This document shows, in pieces, positions 29,918 through 40,535 of a stretch of 64,000 nt of DNA. The translations under genes and the position numbers were made by a program. The notes under the pieces are model-generated. The model saw only the letters and a list, made by a program, of their open reading frames with translations, made no database searches and was not told the DNA's origin. Position 1 is the first letter of the stretch. The number at the start of each line of letters is the position of its first letter. This DNA is from Candidatus Falkowbacteria bacterium RIFOXYC2_FULL_36_12 (GTDB taxonomy: Bacteria; Patescibacteriota; Patescibacteriia; UBA11705). Location: positions 165,605 through 229,604 of the forward strand of contig MFGJ01000001.1 in the NCBI GenBank assembly GCA_001778235.1. Reading direction: 5' to 3'.

Positions 29918-32900
29918 ATGTATTTGGAACGAATTGAAATACAGGGTTTTAAGTCTTTTGCCAATAAGACTATTTTGGAATTCCCGGCTGTTTCACATAA
30001 AGATAGTAAATCTAGAAGTAAGACAGCAATTGTTGGTCCAAATGGTTCAGGAAAATCAAATATTTCTGATGCTGTTCGATGGGTTTTAGGTGAACAAAGT
30101 ATAAAGATGCTTCGAGGTAAAAAAACAGAGGATGTGATTTTCGCTGGTTCAGAGCAAAAAGCCAGATTGGGTTTTGCTGAAGTCTCATTATATCTAAATA
30201 ATGAGGATAAAACAGCGCCGATTGATTATTCGGAAATTGTTATTACAAGAAGAGTGTATAGAGATGGTGAAGGTGAGTATTTGATAAATAAGAGTAAAGT
30301 TCGGCTTTATGATATTTTGATGTTACTGGCAAAGGCGAATTTTGGGCAGAAGAGCTATAGTATTATTGGTCAGGGAATGGTGGATCATATTATTAATATT
30401 TCTCCTTGGGAAAGAAAAGAATTTTTTGATGAAGCAACTGGTGTTAAGCAGTATCAAATCAAACGAGACCAATCAATTAATCGTCTGAATCGGGCAAAGG
30501 AGAATTTAGAACAGACAAATAATATTGTGACTGAACTTGAGCCACGATTGAGGCTTTTGACTAGACAAATAAAAAAATTGGAGAAGAGAAAAGAGGTTGA
30601 ACAAAGTTTGAGACAACTACAGGAAAAATATTATGCTAGTATTTGGAAAGGTTTGAAAAAAAATCATGATGAATTTGATGAAAGATTTTCAATAAAAGAT
30701 GCATTGAAGCAAGAATTGGACAGCAAATTAGCAATATTGCAAACTAAATTGGCAGAGATTGCCAGATCAGAGTCAAGAAAAGATATTTTTAATAATTTGC
30801 AGAAAGATTATAGTAAGCTTCAGACCGAAAAAAATGATTGGCTGAAGGATTTAGCGACTGTAAAAGGTAAAATGAGTGTTGAATATGTGAAAATAGGTAA
30901 GCAGAATCTAAGTTGGTTGGAAGATAAGAAAGAAGAAATTGAAAATCGCATCAAGGAGATTCAAGAAAGTTTGAATAACATTAAAAATAAGCTTGAACAT
31001 AAGCGGGAAAAATTGTCGGAAAAAGAAGAAAAAGAAAAAGATGTTTTAGATGAGTTGATTGTTTTAGAAAATAATTTGAAATCTGTTGAATCAGCATTGG
31101 TTCAAATAAAGTCTGGTTCAACAAATTATTTTTACGATTCGGTTAGAGCAATTATTCGACAAAAAGAAACAATAGAAGGAATTTATGGCACTGTTGGTGA
31201 TTTGGCTAAACTTGATTCAATGTATGAGGTTGCTTTGTCGGTGGCAGCTGGCCACAGAACAACGGCCGTGGTGGTAAGTGATGATGAGGTGGCTGTAAAG
31301 TGCATTAATTATTTAAAAGAAAATAAATTAGCGCCTGTAACATTTTTTCCATTAAATAAAATAAAATCACAGAGTATTAGAGAAAATAATAGAGCAATCT
31401 TGGCTGAAAATGGGGTAATTGGTTTTGCAATTGATTTGATTAGTTTTGACTCAAAATTCAGGAAAGTCTATGAGCAGATTTTTGGTAGCACAATAGTTGT
31501 TGATAAGGTTGAACATGCTAGAGAGGTTGGTATTGGCAGAGAGAGAATGGTGACCTTGGGTGGAGATATTTTTGAAAAAAGTGGAATGATCAGAGGTGGT
31601 TTTCGCGTTTCAGGTAAATCAAGCTGGTTTATGACTGAAAATAATGGAAAAATAGTTTCACAAGAAGAAAAGTTGAAAGAGATTGCTATTCTGAAATCAA
31701 AAATTGAAGATTTGACTAAAGAAAAAGTTGATTTATTGACTGAAACAAATAATTTGCGAGTTGAATTGCAAGTAGATGATACAAAACAAAAAGCTTTAAG
31801 AAATGATTTAGAGGATTTGATAAAAGAACGGGATAATTTGGGCAGAGAAATATCAGACAATGAAATTGATCCAAAGGATAAAGATCGATTAGTTACACAG
31901 CTCCAAGCAAGAAGGCGAGAAATTGAAAACAAGGTAAATGCAGTTGAAGAAATAATTGTTGGTGTTAGAAGTAAAATTGATAAGTTTAATCTTGATGAAG
32001 AGAAGAAAAAAGAAGAAGTTTTTCGGTTGCAAGATGAAATGCAATCAGCCCAGAGTAAATTAAACGAAATTAGTCGTGAGGTAAATGAAATAAAAATAGA
32101 GCTGGCAAAATTGGATACTCGTGAAGAAGATTTGGTAAAAGAAGTGTTGCATGAGCTTGGAGAAAATAAGAAGATTGAGGAATTGAAAATTGAAGGTGAA
32201 GTCAATTCAGATCAGTTGTGGTTTGATATTAATAAATTGAAGCAGAGTTTGGAAATGATTGGTGGAATTGATCCTGAAGTGGTTGATGAACATAAAGAAG
32301 TTTCAGGAAGGTATGAATTTTTGAGTAAACAAACTGATGATTTGGAAAAGGCGATAAGAAATCTTGGCAAGATAGTGGAAGAACTTGATGCTGTAATAGG
32401 TAAACAGTTTAATGCTTCATTTAATAAGATAAATAAATCATTTGAACAGTATTTCAAAAAAATATTCCAGGGAGGAAAGGCTAAATTAACCTTGTTGCAA
32501 AAAGAAAAGATTGGAAAAGATGATGAGGAACAGACTGAAGCTGAACAAGCATTGATTGAAGGACAAGAAAATGAAGCGGAAGAAACAGTAAAGAAAGAGA
32601 AAGCAATATTTACCCAAACAGGAATTGATTTATATGTTTCACCGCCAAATAAAAAACTGAATACAATCTCTGCGCTTTCTGGCGGTGAAAGAACTATGAC
32701 CTCTTTGGCGCTTTTGTGTGCTATTATTGATAGCAATCCAGCTCCGTTTGTAGTGATGGATGAGGTAGATGCAGCGCTTGATGAAGCAAATTCTGAACGG
32801 TTTGCGGCAATCATTGAAGAAATAGCTTATAAAACTCAATTTGTTTTTATTACTCACAATCGTATTATTATGCATGTAGCTGATGTTTTATATGGAGTGG

Positions 32901-32974
32901 CGATGGGAGAAGATGGTGTTTCAAAAACTTTATCACTTGATATGAAAGATGCAGAAAAACAAGCAAGGGAATAG
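29918..32974 (+). CDS. smc: chromosome segregation protein SMC (short coiled coil)
   Basis: GFKSF, Walker A GPNGSGKSN, hinge domain, LSGGE, Walker B DEVDAALD, ITH. Confidence 0.93.
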   Translation: MYLERIEIQGFKSFANKTILEFPAVSHKDSKSRSKTAIVGPNGSGKSNISDAVRWVLGEQSIKMLRGKKTEDVIFAGSEQKARLGFAEVSLYLNNEDKTAPIDYSEIVITRRVYRDGEGEYLINKSKVRLYDILMLLAKANFGQKSYSIIGQGMVDHIINISPWERKEFFDEATGVKQYQIKRDQSINRLNRAKENLEQTNNIVTELEPRLRLLTRQIKKLEKRKEVEQSLRQLQEKYYASIWKGLKKNHDEFDERFSIKDALKQELDSKLAILQTKLAEIARSESRKDIFNNLQKDYSKLQTEKNDWLKDLATVKGKMSVEYVKIGKQNLSWLEDKKEEIENRIKEIQESLNNIKNKLEHKREKLSEKEEKEKDVLDELIVLENNLKSVESALVQIKSGSTNYFYDSVRAIIRQKETIEGIYGTVGDLAKLDSMYEVALSVAAGHRTTAVVVSDDEVAVKCINYLKENKLAPVTFFPLNKIKSQSIRENNRAILAENGVIGFAIDLISFDSKFRKVYEQIFGSTIVVDKVEHAREVGIGRERMVTLGGDIFEKSGMIRGGFRVSGKSSWFMTENNGKIVSQEEKLKEIAILKSKIEDLTKEKVDLLTETNNLRVELQVDDTKQKALRNDLEDLIKERDNLGREISDNEIDPKDKDRLVTQLQARRREIENKVNAVEEIIVGVRSKIDKFNLDEEKKKEEVFRLQDEMQSAQSKLNEISREVNEIKIELAKLDTREEDLVKEVLHELGENKKIEELKIEGEVNSDQLWFDINKLKQSLEMIGGIDPEVVDEHKEVSGRYEFLSKQTDDLEKAIRNLGKIVEELDAVIGKQFNASFNKINKSFEQYFKKIFQGGKAKLTLLQKEKIGKDDEEQTEAEQALIEGQENEAEETVKKEKAIFTQTGIDLYVSPPNKKLNTISALSGGERTMTSLALLCAIIDSNPAPFVVMDEVDAALDEANSERFAAIIEEIAYKTQFVFITHNRIIMHVADVLYGVAMGEDGVSKTLSLDMKDAEKQARE

Positions 32975-32975
32975 T

Positions 32976-33057
32976 GAAGATTGAAGATTAAAGATTAAAG
33001 ATTGAAGATTAATGTAATAATGAAATTGTTGGCTGACGGTTTGAAACCGTCAGGTAC
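32976..33057. repeat. 7-mer run plus CTGACGGTTTGAAACCGTCAG palindrome, copy 2
   Basis: matches 9022-9104. Confidence 0.8.
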
Positions 33058-33088
33058 AAATGCAAATATATTTTATTGACAAGGTATA

Positions 33089-33116
33089 AAAAAATCAGCC
33101 AATAGGCTGATTTTTG
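33089..33116. terminator. bidirectional terminator
   Basis: AAAAATCAGCC-AATA-GGCTGATTTTT between convergent genes. Confidence 0.8.
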
Positions 33117-33134
33117 TGAGGCTAAATTTTATTA

Positions 33135-35033
33135 TTAAGCTGCTTTATCAAGTTTTTCCTCGGTTAAACCTGCTTGTTTGGCTTCTTTCAGTAAGCGTTT
33201 GAGTTTATCAAGGTCTTGGGTTTCAAAATAAGTTAGCAATTGTTGATCTCTAGTTGAGAGTCTTTTGCCAGAAGCAGTTCGGCGAAATAAATCTTCTGAA
33301 TTATCTATAATTCCTTGGATATGGGCTAGACCCTGATATTCATTGGGGCTTGTTGGGTTTGGTGTGAGCCAGAAGCCGTATTTAACAAATAAATTTGAGA
33401 GCTGTTCGGCGTTATTTTCAGACTCGGTTGTTGTTTCTATTTTGGCGTGGATTAAGTCAGCAAATTCCGTTTCAATTTGATCTAAAATTTTTCCGTGAGT
33501 TTTTGGTTTTTTTAATTCTGCTAGTTCATCATAATAGGGTTTTTTTTCATCAAACGGTAATTCCATCATGTCTATAAATTCTTGTAATTGTGATAAGACA
33601 GATTTTTTTTCTTTGTCAGAGGATGCTTCGAGAAGATCTTTTTTTAAATTGTCAAATCTTGTTTGATATATTTCTGCACGATTTTTAGTTTCAGATTCTT
33701 TTGCTTGGTTTAATTTTTTTGAAAGCAGGGCTATTTTTTGTTCGGCTTGACCTAATTCATCTTTAGTTAGGCCCATTTGTCCGAGTAAACTTTTTAGGTT
33801 TTTTAGATTTTTAGAGGCCTTATTTAGGTTTCCAGAAGCAAGATTTTTTTCAAATTCTGGTTGATGGGTGCTAAAGGCTAAATCAGCGCGAGGTGCTTGG
33901 TCTGGATTTGGTTTGGATTCTGGGAACCTAGGATCAATCGAAGGACCGTGGTTGAGCTGTTCTAATTCTTCGGGGGTTAGGAGGACTTCGTTAACTTTGG
34001 CATCAAATGATGATGGCTCTATATCTGGTTTTTGAGGGATTGATTCGCTGATAGATTTTAATCTAGCAATAATTTCTTTTTGTTGAAAAGGTGTAATGTC
34101 AGACAAATAGTCATTTTCTATGTGGACTTTGAATTTGTCGAAAATAATTTTGGCATTTTCAATGTGTCCAAGTTTAATCAAATTGTCTAAAACCATTTCT
34201 TCACGATCAATTTCTTCGTGAATGTCTTGTAAAATTTTTTGTTCGTTTTCTACTTGTTGTAGTAGTTCTTGGTTTGAATCATTTGTTGGTTGTTCGGTTG
34301 TGCTTGGAGTAGAAGTTGCTGGTTTATTTTTTTCTTGATCAATAAAGGCTTTTACTTGTTCAAGTGTATCAAACAAATGGGCCTCACCCCCAGCACCTGG
34401 TGGTGGCCAAATCTCAAATCCACCAGTGATCATTTCTGACAAAGTGTAGCCTGGTGGTAAATCAAGCTGTGCTAGCTGTTCTTGGTTAAAATAATTTTTT
34501 AATTGTTCAATTGTTTCAAATGAATGTACCTGACCGTCTGGGCTGTCTACTTCATAACCGCCAGATTCTAATTGGGAAACAGAATAATTTGGTAAAATAT
34601 TAACTTGTTCTTGAATGTTTAAAAAGTCGGTTTCTGATTGTACTTGTTCTTGGAGTCTGGCAAAAGCTGATTGAGCTTCTAGTTCTATTTGGGTTAATTG
34701 TTGTTTCCCATCGCCCGAATCAACTTTTTCAATAAGTTTTTTTGTTGATGCATTGAAGTCATCAACCTCTGCTTGTGCCTGCCCGGTTATTTTCTCTTTG
34801 ACTTGATTCATGGCTTGTTCGTTTTCTTGCTTTTCAATTTTGTCAGCGATTTTTTCCCAGAAATCTTGACCGGCAAATGGTCTTTGTATTTTTTCCCAAA
34901 AAGATAACTTGATCTCGTCAGAAGATTTTTTTTCATTTTTTTCTTTCTTATCTTTTGGTTTTTCTTTGGCAATTTTTTTTCGGAGTTTATTAATTTGTTC
35001 TGGTGAGGCCATGTTAGATGCTGGGAGTGGCAT
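33135..35033 (-). CDS. large charged/coiled-coil hypothetical protein with a duplicated ~42-aa module
   Basis: 632 aa; LP..Y..S....GG(Y/F)E...P.G....H.F(E/D)T.EQ.K....QE occurs twice. Confidence 0.7.
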   Translation of the reverse strand: MPLPASNMASPEQINKLRKKIAKEKPKDKKEKNEKKSSDEIKLSFWEKIQRPFAGQDFWEKIADKIEKQENEQAMNQVKEKITGQAQAEVDDFNASTKKLIEKVDSGDGKQQLTQIELEAQSAFARLQEQVQSETDFLNIQEQVNILPNYSVSQLESGGYEVDSPDGQVHSFETIEQLKNYFNQEQLAQLDLPPGYTLSEMITGGFEIWPPPGAGGEAHLFDTLEQVKAFIDQEKNKPATSTPSTTEQPTNDSNQELLQQVENEQKILQDIHEEIDREEMVLDNLIKLGHIENAKIIFDKFKVHIENDYLSDITPFQQKEIIARLKSISESIPQKPDIEPSSFDAKVNEVLLTPEELEQLNHGPSIDPRFPESKPNPDQAPRADLAFSTHQPEFEKNLASGNLNKASKNLKNLKSLLGQMGLTKDELGQAEQKIALLSKKLNQAKESETKNRAEIYQTRFDNLKKDLLEASSDKEKKSVLSQLQEFIDMMELPFDEKKPYYDELAELKKPKTHGKILDQIETEFADLIHAKIETTTESENNAEQLSNLFVKYGFWLTPNPTSPNEYQGLAHIQGIIDNSEDLFRRTASGKRLSTRDQQLLTYFETQDLDKLKRLLKEAKQAGLTEEKLDKAA

Positions 35034-35039
35034 AGTTGT

Positions 35040-35231
35040 TTAATAGAGTTTATTAATTTTGGCTAAAATATCTTGACTCTTTTTTTGCGATGAATTTTGC
35101 TGTTCATCTTTAAAAATAGAGAATCTCTTTTTTTGTAATGTAAGCATTTTTTGGTGAAAAGAATCATATGCCTCAACAAGGAATTGAAGCTTTTTTGTTA
35201 ATTTTGAGGTTGAAGTGCTTTTTGTTTTCAT
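35040..35231 (-). CDS. small hypothetical protein
   Basis: ATG at 35231; 6 nt upstream of the 632-aa gene. Confidence 0.55.
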   Translation of the reverse strand: MKTKSTSTSKLTKKLQFLVEAYDSFHQKMLTLQKKRFSIFKDEQQNSSQKKSQDILAKINKLY

Positions 35232-35464
35232 ATATGTTTTAATTATATAGTTATTATAACAGAAATTTAGCAAAGGGAAAATTTATTTGTAAAATATTGT
35301 TAGGTGAGTGTTTTGGTAATCAAAGTGGTAGCATTTGTTAGAATTTTAACTCTGTATTGACAAAATTGGGTTAATTTGTTAAAATATGTGAGGAATTAGA
35401 TTAGTTCTTTTAATTTATCATGAGGCTGTGAGCGCCAGAGAAACCCGCAAACCAGGAGGAACAC

Positions 35465-36286
35465 ATGCGGAGCTCTCGGTTTATTTATGGCTTGTTTGTA
35501 CTGATGTTGTTTGTAGGCTGTGGTTCAGATGTGAATACTGGAAATTGTGAAGATGATATGGTTGAACTCGATGGTTATTGCTTTGATGAATGTGATGATA
35601 ATCGTGATTGTGTGAGAATGGGTTATGAAGATGGTTGGTCTTGTTGGCGTGGTGTGTGTGATGAAGATAGTTATTACGAGACTGGTAGAAGTAATCCGCC
35701 GATGGGTTCTTCAGATCGGTCAGATGATAATTGCTGTGATGATGATAATGATTATACACCACCGAGTAACTATAATCCGCCATATACACCTCCGTATACA
35801 CCTCCGTCTTCGAATGATGATGAGATCCCCTGGGTGCCTGATACTGCTCCTGATCCTGACAATTTGGATCGAGTGTCCTCATATACTATCAAGGTTTGTT
35901 ATGACTGGAATGATTTGCAGGACGCGGGTGCACTTTATGGTAATATTTCTTGGTCAACTGGAAATACTGGTGTGGAAGATTGGAGTCATATGAGTGGTTG
36001 GAATAGAACTATTTATCGTACCAGTTGCAATAGTTTTTGTGGATATTCATATTCTCGCGACTGTGGTTGTTATTCGGTTGTGGCGACTGATGTTTGCAAG
36101 GGATTTTGGACTGATGTGACTCGTTGGAGAGTGTCATATCCTGAAGATGCTGGTTCTGGCGCATGGCTTCGAGATGCTGTGAGGCCGGTGGCTGTGACTG
36201 TGAATGGTGTTAGGCGCGGTACATCAAAGGAATCATGGGGGTGGTTCATGGGAGCCTTCTCCAATCAGAGTGAGTGCGTACATTAG
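35465..36286 (+). CDS. Cys-rich lipoprotein-like protein with Pro/Tyr linker
   Basis: FVGC lipobox-like motif; N-terminal Cys module; YTPP repeats; Trp-rich C-terminal domain; CAGGAGG SD. Confidence 0.7.
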   Translation: MRSSRFIYGLFVLMLFVGCGSDVNTGNCEDDMVELDGYCFDECDDNRDCVRMGYEDGWSCWRGVCDEDSYYETGRSNPPMGSSDRSDDNCCDDDNDYTPPSNYNPPYTPPYTPPSSNDDEIPWVPDTAPDPDNLDRVSSYTIKVCYDWNDLQDAGALYGNISWSTGNTGVEDWSHMSGWNRTIYRTSCNSFCGYSYSRDCGCYSVVATDVCKGFWTDVTRWRVSYPEDAGSGAWLRDAVRPVAVTVNGVRRGTSKESWGWFMGAFSNQSECVH

Positions 36287-36443
36287 ATAATTAAGTATAG
36301 TAAATAAAATAAGTAAAGTATAAAAAATAAACTGACATTGTTCAGTTTTTTCGTTTTAAAATAAAAGCTACCTAATATGTAAACATATAAGGTAGCTTAA
36401 GTAGGGAAATCATCCACATCAGTTGGATGAAGTTCTTGAGGTT

Positions 36444-36710
36444 TCATAAATTTTTGTTGGCTACCTGCTTTTTTTTCAAATAATTGAAAATACTTGTTAC
36501 CAGCATTGTGCCGGTGGTGCAGCCAAGCGCATACCAGAAAATTAATTGCCAATTGCTTAGATCGTTTAAAAGAGTTTGTAAAACATAGTACCAGACAAAA
36601 ATGTTTCCAAAAGTGATAATACCACTTAGTAAGATTTTTTCTTCACTAACTGTTTTGGTCCAAGCTGAAATAATGGCCATTTCCAATATGCCGATTAAGA
36701 ATAGCATCAT
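36444..36710 (-). CDS. small membrane protein, DUF5698/DUF2179-like
   Basis: 3 TM; YALG...GT.L motif. Confidence 0.6.
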   Translation of the reverse strand: MMLFLIGILEMAIISAWTKTVSEEKILLSGIITFGNIFVWYYVLQTLLNDLSNWQLIFWYALGCTTGTMLVTSIFNYLKKKQVANKNL

Positions 36711-36851
36711 AAAATTGCTGTAAAATTACAAATAATCTATAGACGACCTTTATTTATCTATAAATCGTGTCCATATTATACCGCAGTTTTAGGAGTTTGT
36801 AAAGGTTGATTATTAATAAAAAAATGTTGAAATATGTTATAATAAACTAAT

Positions 36852-37820
36852 ATGATTAATGAAAATAAAATTTTAACAAGGGGAGAATTTGCTGAAATGC
36901 GTGTTAATCAACCAATTGTTGGGGAAAAAAACATGGAAAAAGGAAGGACTGAAATTTATGATTGTGATGCTGAATTATCACGAGCTATTATTGCTCGAAG
37001 ACGAAATTTTGATAATGATGTAAATGAGGTTCAGGATAATTTTTTAATTATGCCAGGAATCAATATGTACGCAGTTTTTGATGGGGCAAGCATGAGTGAT
37101 GGTGCAAGGGCGGCAAAATTGGCAGCAAAAGCCATAAAAACGAAAATTGAACAATTTTTAATTGAAAAAAATATAAGAATTCGAGAATTAAGCATTGATC
37201 AAGTAAAGAAATTATTACAACATGTGGTTCGATTTGCTAATAAAGAATTGGCTGTTCGCAATATGAATATAGAAAGTTCTGGAGAAAAATTAATTACTAC
37301 AATGACTCTAGCATTAGTGATTGAAGGTAAGTTGATAGTTGTAAATGTTGGAGATAGTCGAGCATATTTTATTCCAAATGATACTGAAATAGAGCAAATA
37401 ACAGTGGATCACGATGCGATGAGGCAGGATGCTGAACTTCGAAAGGGTTTTCCAAAAGAGATTGATGAGATAAAGCAGGGGCGAATAGAGGCAAGTGGAC
37501 TGCGTCAAGCTCAAAGAAATCCGTTACCTTTTTTAAAGAATAAAATTACAAATAGTTTAGGCCGGGGCGCTAATTTGGATGAGATTAAAGATTTCCCGTT
37601 GGATATTTTTGTTCGAGATGTTGCTTCTGGAGATAAGGTGTTATTGTGTTCTGATGGTATTACAAAAGAATTAAGTGATGATGAAATTGATAAGGGTGTG
37701 AGAGGGGTAGAAATAGGTGATATGATTTCTGGAGTAAAAGATTTGATGAAAAATGTCAGTAAAAATGAAGGGAATTCAGAACAAGATGATAAGGTTATGG
37801 CTGTAATTGAAGTCAAATAA
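36852..37820 (+). CDS. PP2C-family Ser/Thr protein phosphatase
   Basis: QD, AVFDG, TT, NVGDSRAY, T.DH, LCSDG, DD motifs. Confidence 0.9.
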   Translation: MINENKILTRGEFAEMRVNQPIVGEKNMEKGRTEIYDCDAELSRAIIARRRNFDNDVNEVQDNFLIMPGINMYAVFDGASMSDGARAAKLAAKAIKTKIEQFLIEKNIRIRELSIDQVKKLLQHVVRFANKELAVRNMNIESSGEKLITTMTLALVIEGKLIVVNVGDSRAYFIPNDTEIEQITVDHDAMRQDAELRKGFPKEIDEIKQGRIEASGLRQAQRNPLPFLKNKITNSLGRGANLDEIKDFPLDIFVRDVASGDKVLLCSDGITKELSDDEIDKGVRGVEIGDMISGVKDLMKNVSKNEGNSEQDDKVMAVIEVK

Positions 37821-38017
37821 TTTTTAATAAAAAGAAAAGAGCCATTGAGGCTCTTTTTAGGTTTGAAATAGTTGTTTGCGGTAATTTGTAGCTGTTTTTT
37901 GTCTTTGATTGGGATTTTTTTATATAAATATTAATTTTTAAGATTATCATCGGTAGGCTGTGGTATAAAAAAACATTATTTTGACATGATGTTTTTGAAG
38001 AATTATTAAACAATATT

Positions 38018-38353
38018 TTATGAGTTGTTCTGCTTAAGTTTATTTTCTATTCGCGACGCCATAACTGATAATATAATGAAGTTGCTGATGACAATAAGTA
38101 ATAAAATACCATAAATGATAACCACTCCAATCTCTTCCATCCCTTGTGCATCGTATAAACCGAAAATAAAAACTAAGGTAAAAATGATGAAAAGCGTGAT
38201 AGACGAAATGTATTTTAGTTTTAAGATTGTATTTTTGTGTTTGATATTCTTTTTTATGTATTGATAACAAAAAATAAACCAAAAAGCTAGAATAATAATA
38301 AATCCGCCATATGAGCCATAAAAAAGAATGGAATAATTGATTGTTGAATTCAT
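38018..38353 (-). CDS. small AT-rich membrane protein
   Basis: 3 TM segments. Confidence 0.55.
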   Translation of the reverse strand: MNSTINYSILFYGSYGGFIIILAFWFIFCYQYIKKNIKHKNTILKLKYISSITLFIIFTLVFIFGLYDAQGMEEIGVVIIYGILLLIVISNFIILSVMASRIENKLKQNNS

Positions 38354-38513
38354 AGGAAAAGATTAAAATTAATAGCAAAATTATTCAATATGAATAGATT
38401 TGATTTGGGACTTAAATAATTTGATATAAGGGTTTCAGAGCTACCTATTGCACCTGCGAATAAGATTATAATCGGTTGTTTTTCCTTTATATATTTTTGA
38501 TTTAATTATATTA

Positions 38514-38586
38514 TAGTTCTATTTTTGATGTGGGGCAAGAAAAGGTAAAAGAAAAAACCGCTAAGTTAAAATTTAGCGGGCAATTT
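38514..38586. repeat. degenerate copy of the tRNA-Gly module end (AGTTCTA..TGGGG.CAAG plus terminator)
   Basis: resembles 41681-41757 and 42266-42343. Confidence 0.65.
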
Positions 38587-38906
38587 TGAATTATTGTTTT
38601 GGTTGCAAATGTTCAGTTGCAAGATCGTACCTTAGTAGGAAACGTCTAAGATACAACTTATGAGGTCCGATGGCTTCAATAGTACAGTTCGTGTGAGTAA
38701 AGTCGGTGGAGATAATTGGAACTGGTTGCTCTGTAGCTACTATCCTAGTGCAGACATACAGCATATTAGCACCTTATATTTGAATGCTATCTTTCTGTTG
38801 AATGGGGAAAACAATTTGTGGGGGTATTTACATGAAAAAATGTATGATTAAGTTGAAATGGATATGTTTAAATGACAGATTAATTAAAATACATTACAAT
38901 GGCGCT

Positions 38907-40535
38907 ATGTTAACAACACAGCTTAAACAATTTTTTCAATTTTCCGAATTCAAGCCCGGACAACAAGAAATTGTCCAATCGATTGTGGCAGGGCGGGATG
39001 TGGTGGCTTTGATGCCGACCGGTGGCGGAAAATCTTTGTGTTATCAATTGCCGGCATTGGTTAGTGGCGGTTTGACGATTGTGATTTCACCACTGATTGC
39101 CCTGATGAAAGATCAGGTGGATAGTTTGCGAGCCAGGGGCATTGAAGCGGTTTTTATTAATAGTTCACTTAATTTTAATCAGATTAATGATATTGTCGCT
39201 GATCTTAAACATGGGAAAGTTAAATTGCTATATGTGGCACCGGAGCGATTGAAAAATTCAGAATTTGTTCAATTAATTAATGAGCTTGATGTCAGTTTGG
39301 TGGCGGTGGATGAAGCTCATTGCGTATCGTCGTGGGGACACGATTTTCGACCGGATTACATGCTGATTCAAAATTTTATCGCTCAATTTACTAACCGGCC
39401 GGCTGTGGCAGCATTTACAGCCACGGCAACGCCGGAGGTTAGGGATGATATTGTTAAGCATTTGGGTTTAACCAATCCGAAAATTTTCGTGCGCGGTTTT
39501 GACCGGCCGAATTTAATGTTTGAAGTTCAATCAGGTTTATCTCAAAAGAAACGAAAATCAGATTTATTAAATTTGGTACAATCCACAGCCGGATCAGGAA
39601 TTGTTTATACGTTGACCAGAAAAATGTCAGAGGAAATCGCCGGATATTTTTCCGCGAACGGCATTAAGGCGGCGGCGTATCACGCGGGACTTGAGGGGGC
39701 GGTCAGAACGCGAGTTCAGAACGAATTCATGGATAATCAGTACAAGGTAATCGTGGCGACGGTGGCTTTTGGTATGGGGGTAAACAAGGCGGATATCAGA
39801 TTCGTGATTCATTGCGGGTTGCCGGCCAGTGTGGAAAATTATTATCAGGAAGCGGGTCGCGCGGGCAGAGATGGGGAGCCGGCGAGGTGTATTTTATTAG
39901 CTTCAAAGCAGGATAATGGGTTGCATTCCTTTCTCATAAATAAAAGTCAGGAGGAAATGATCAAGCAGGGAAAGAGCCGATTGGAAATAAATGCTTTGAT
40001 TGATATTAAGTATAAAAAATTGCGACAAATGAAAGACTACGCGGAGGCGTTTAAATGTCGACGTCTGGCGGTGCTAAAATATTTCGCGGATCCGGATATT
40101 GAAAAATATCAAAACGGTTGTGGAGGCTGTGACGTTTGTCTTGGTATGAGTAACAGCAAAATGATTTTGGATAATACAAAAACGACCAAGCGCTTGAAAA
40201 ATATAAATGAAATAACAGGAACAGTAGCTCAAAGCGTGGATTTTTATCAAAAAGGATTCAGTTTGGATCAAATCGCTAAAATCAGAGAGTTGGGAGTTAG
40301 AACGATTTGGAATCATTTGATTGAGTGGTATGCGGTTGGCGGTGATTTTCGAGTTGAAGAGTATATATCTAAAGATCAACGTCAACGAATTTTGGCAGTG
40401 ATTGACGAACTGGGCGATTATTCCAAACTAAGGCCGATTAAGGATCTACTTCCGGAAAATATTTCTTATGAACAAATTAAGATTGTGATTGCGAAGATTG
40501 AGCAGGAAAAAAATGTAATAATTAAAATTACTTAA
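38907..40535 (+). CDS. recQ: RecQ family ATP-dependent DNA helicase
   Basis: MPTGGGKSLCYQLP, DEAHC.S.WGHDFRP, QEAGRAGRDG, Zn-binding Cys, C-terminal HTH; start at MLTTQ. Confidence 0.92.
   Translation: MLTTQLKQFFQFSEFKPGQQEIVQSIVAGRDVVALMPTGGGKSLCYQLPALVSGGLTIVISPLIALMKDQVDSLRARGIEAVFINSSLNFNQINDIVADLKHGKVKLLYVAPERLKNSEFVQLINELDVSLVAVDEAHCVSSWGHDFRPDYMLIQNFIAQFTNRPAVAAFTATATPEVRDDIVKHLGLTNPKIFVRGFDRPNLMFEVQSGLSQKKRKSDLLNLVQSTAGSGIVYTLTRKMSEEIAGYFSANGIKAAAYHAGLEGAVRTRVQNEFMDNQYKVIVATVAFGMGVNKADIRFVIHCGLPASVENYYQEAGRAGRDGEPARCILLASKQDNGLHSFLINKSQEEMIKQGKSRLEINALIDIKYKKLRQMKDYAEAFKCRRLAVLKYFADPDIEKYQNGCGGCDVCLGMSNSKMILDNTKTTKRLKNINEITGTVAQSVDFYQKGFSLDQIAKIRELGVRTIWNHLIEWYAVGGDFRVEEYISKDQRQRILAVIDELGDYSKLRPIKDLLPENISYEQIKIVIAKIEQEKNVIIKIT

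Noticed and set aside
31468-32814. long antisense ORFs within smc
   Set aside because: Antisense shadows of a codon-biased gene.
38590-38900. possible tmRNA, RNase P RNA or intron
   Set aside because: No tRNA-like ends, GAGGAAAGTCC motif or intron core recognisable by eye; left unassigned.
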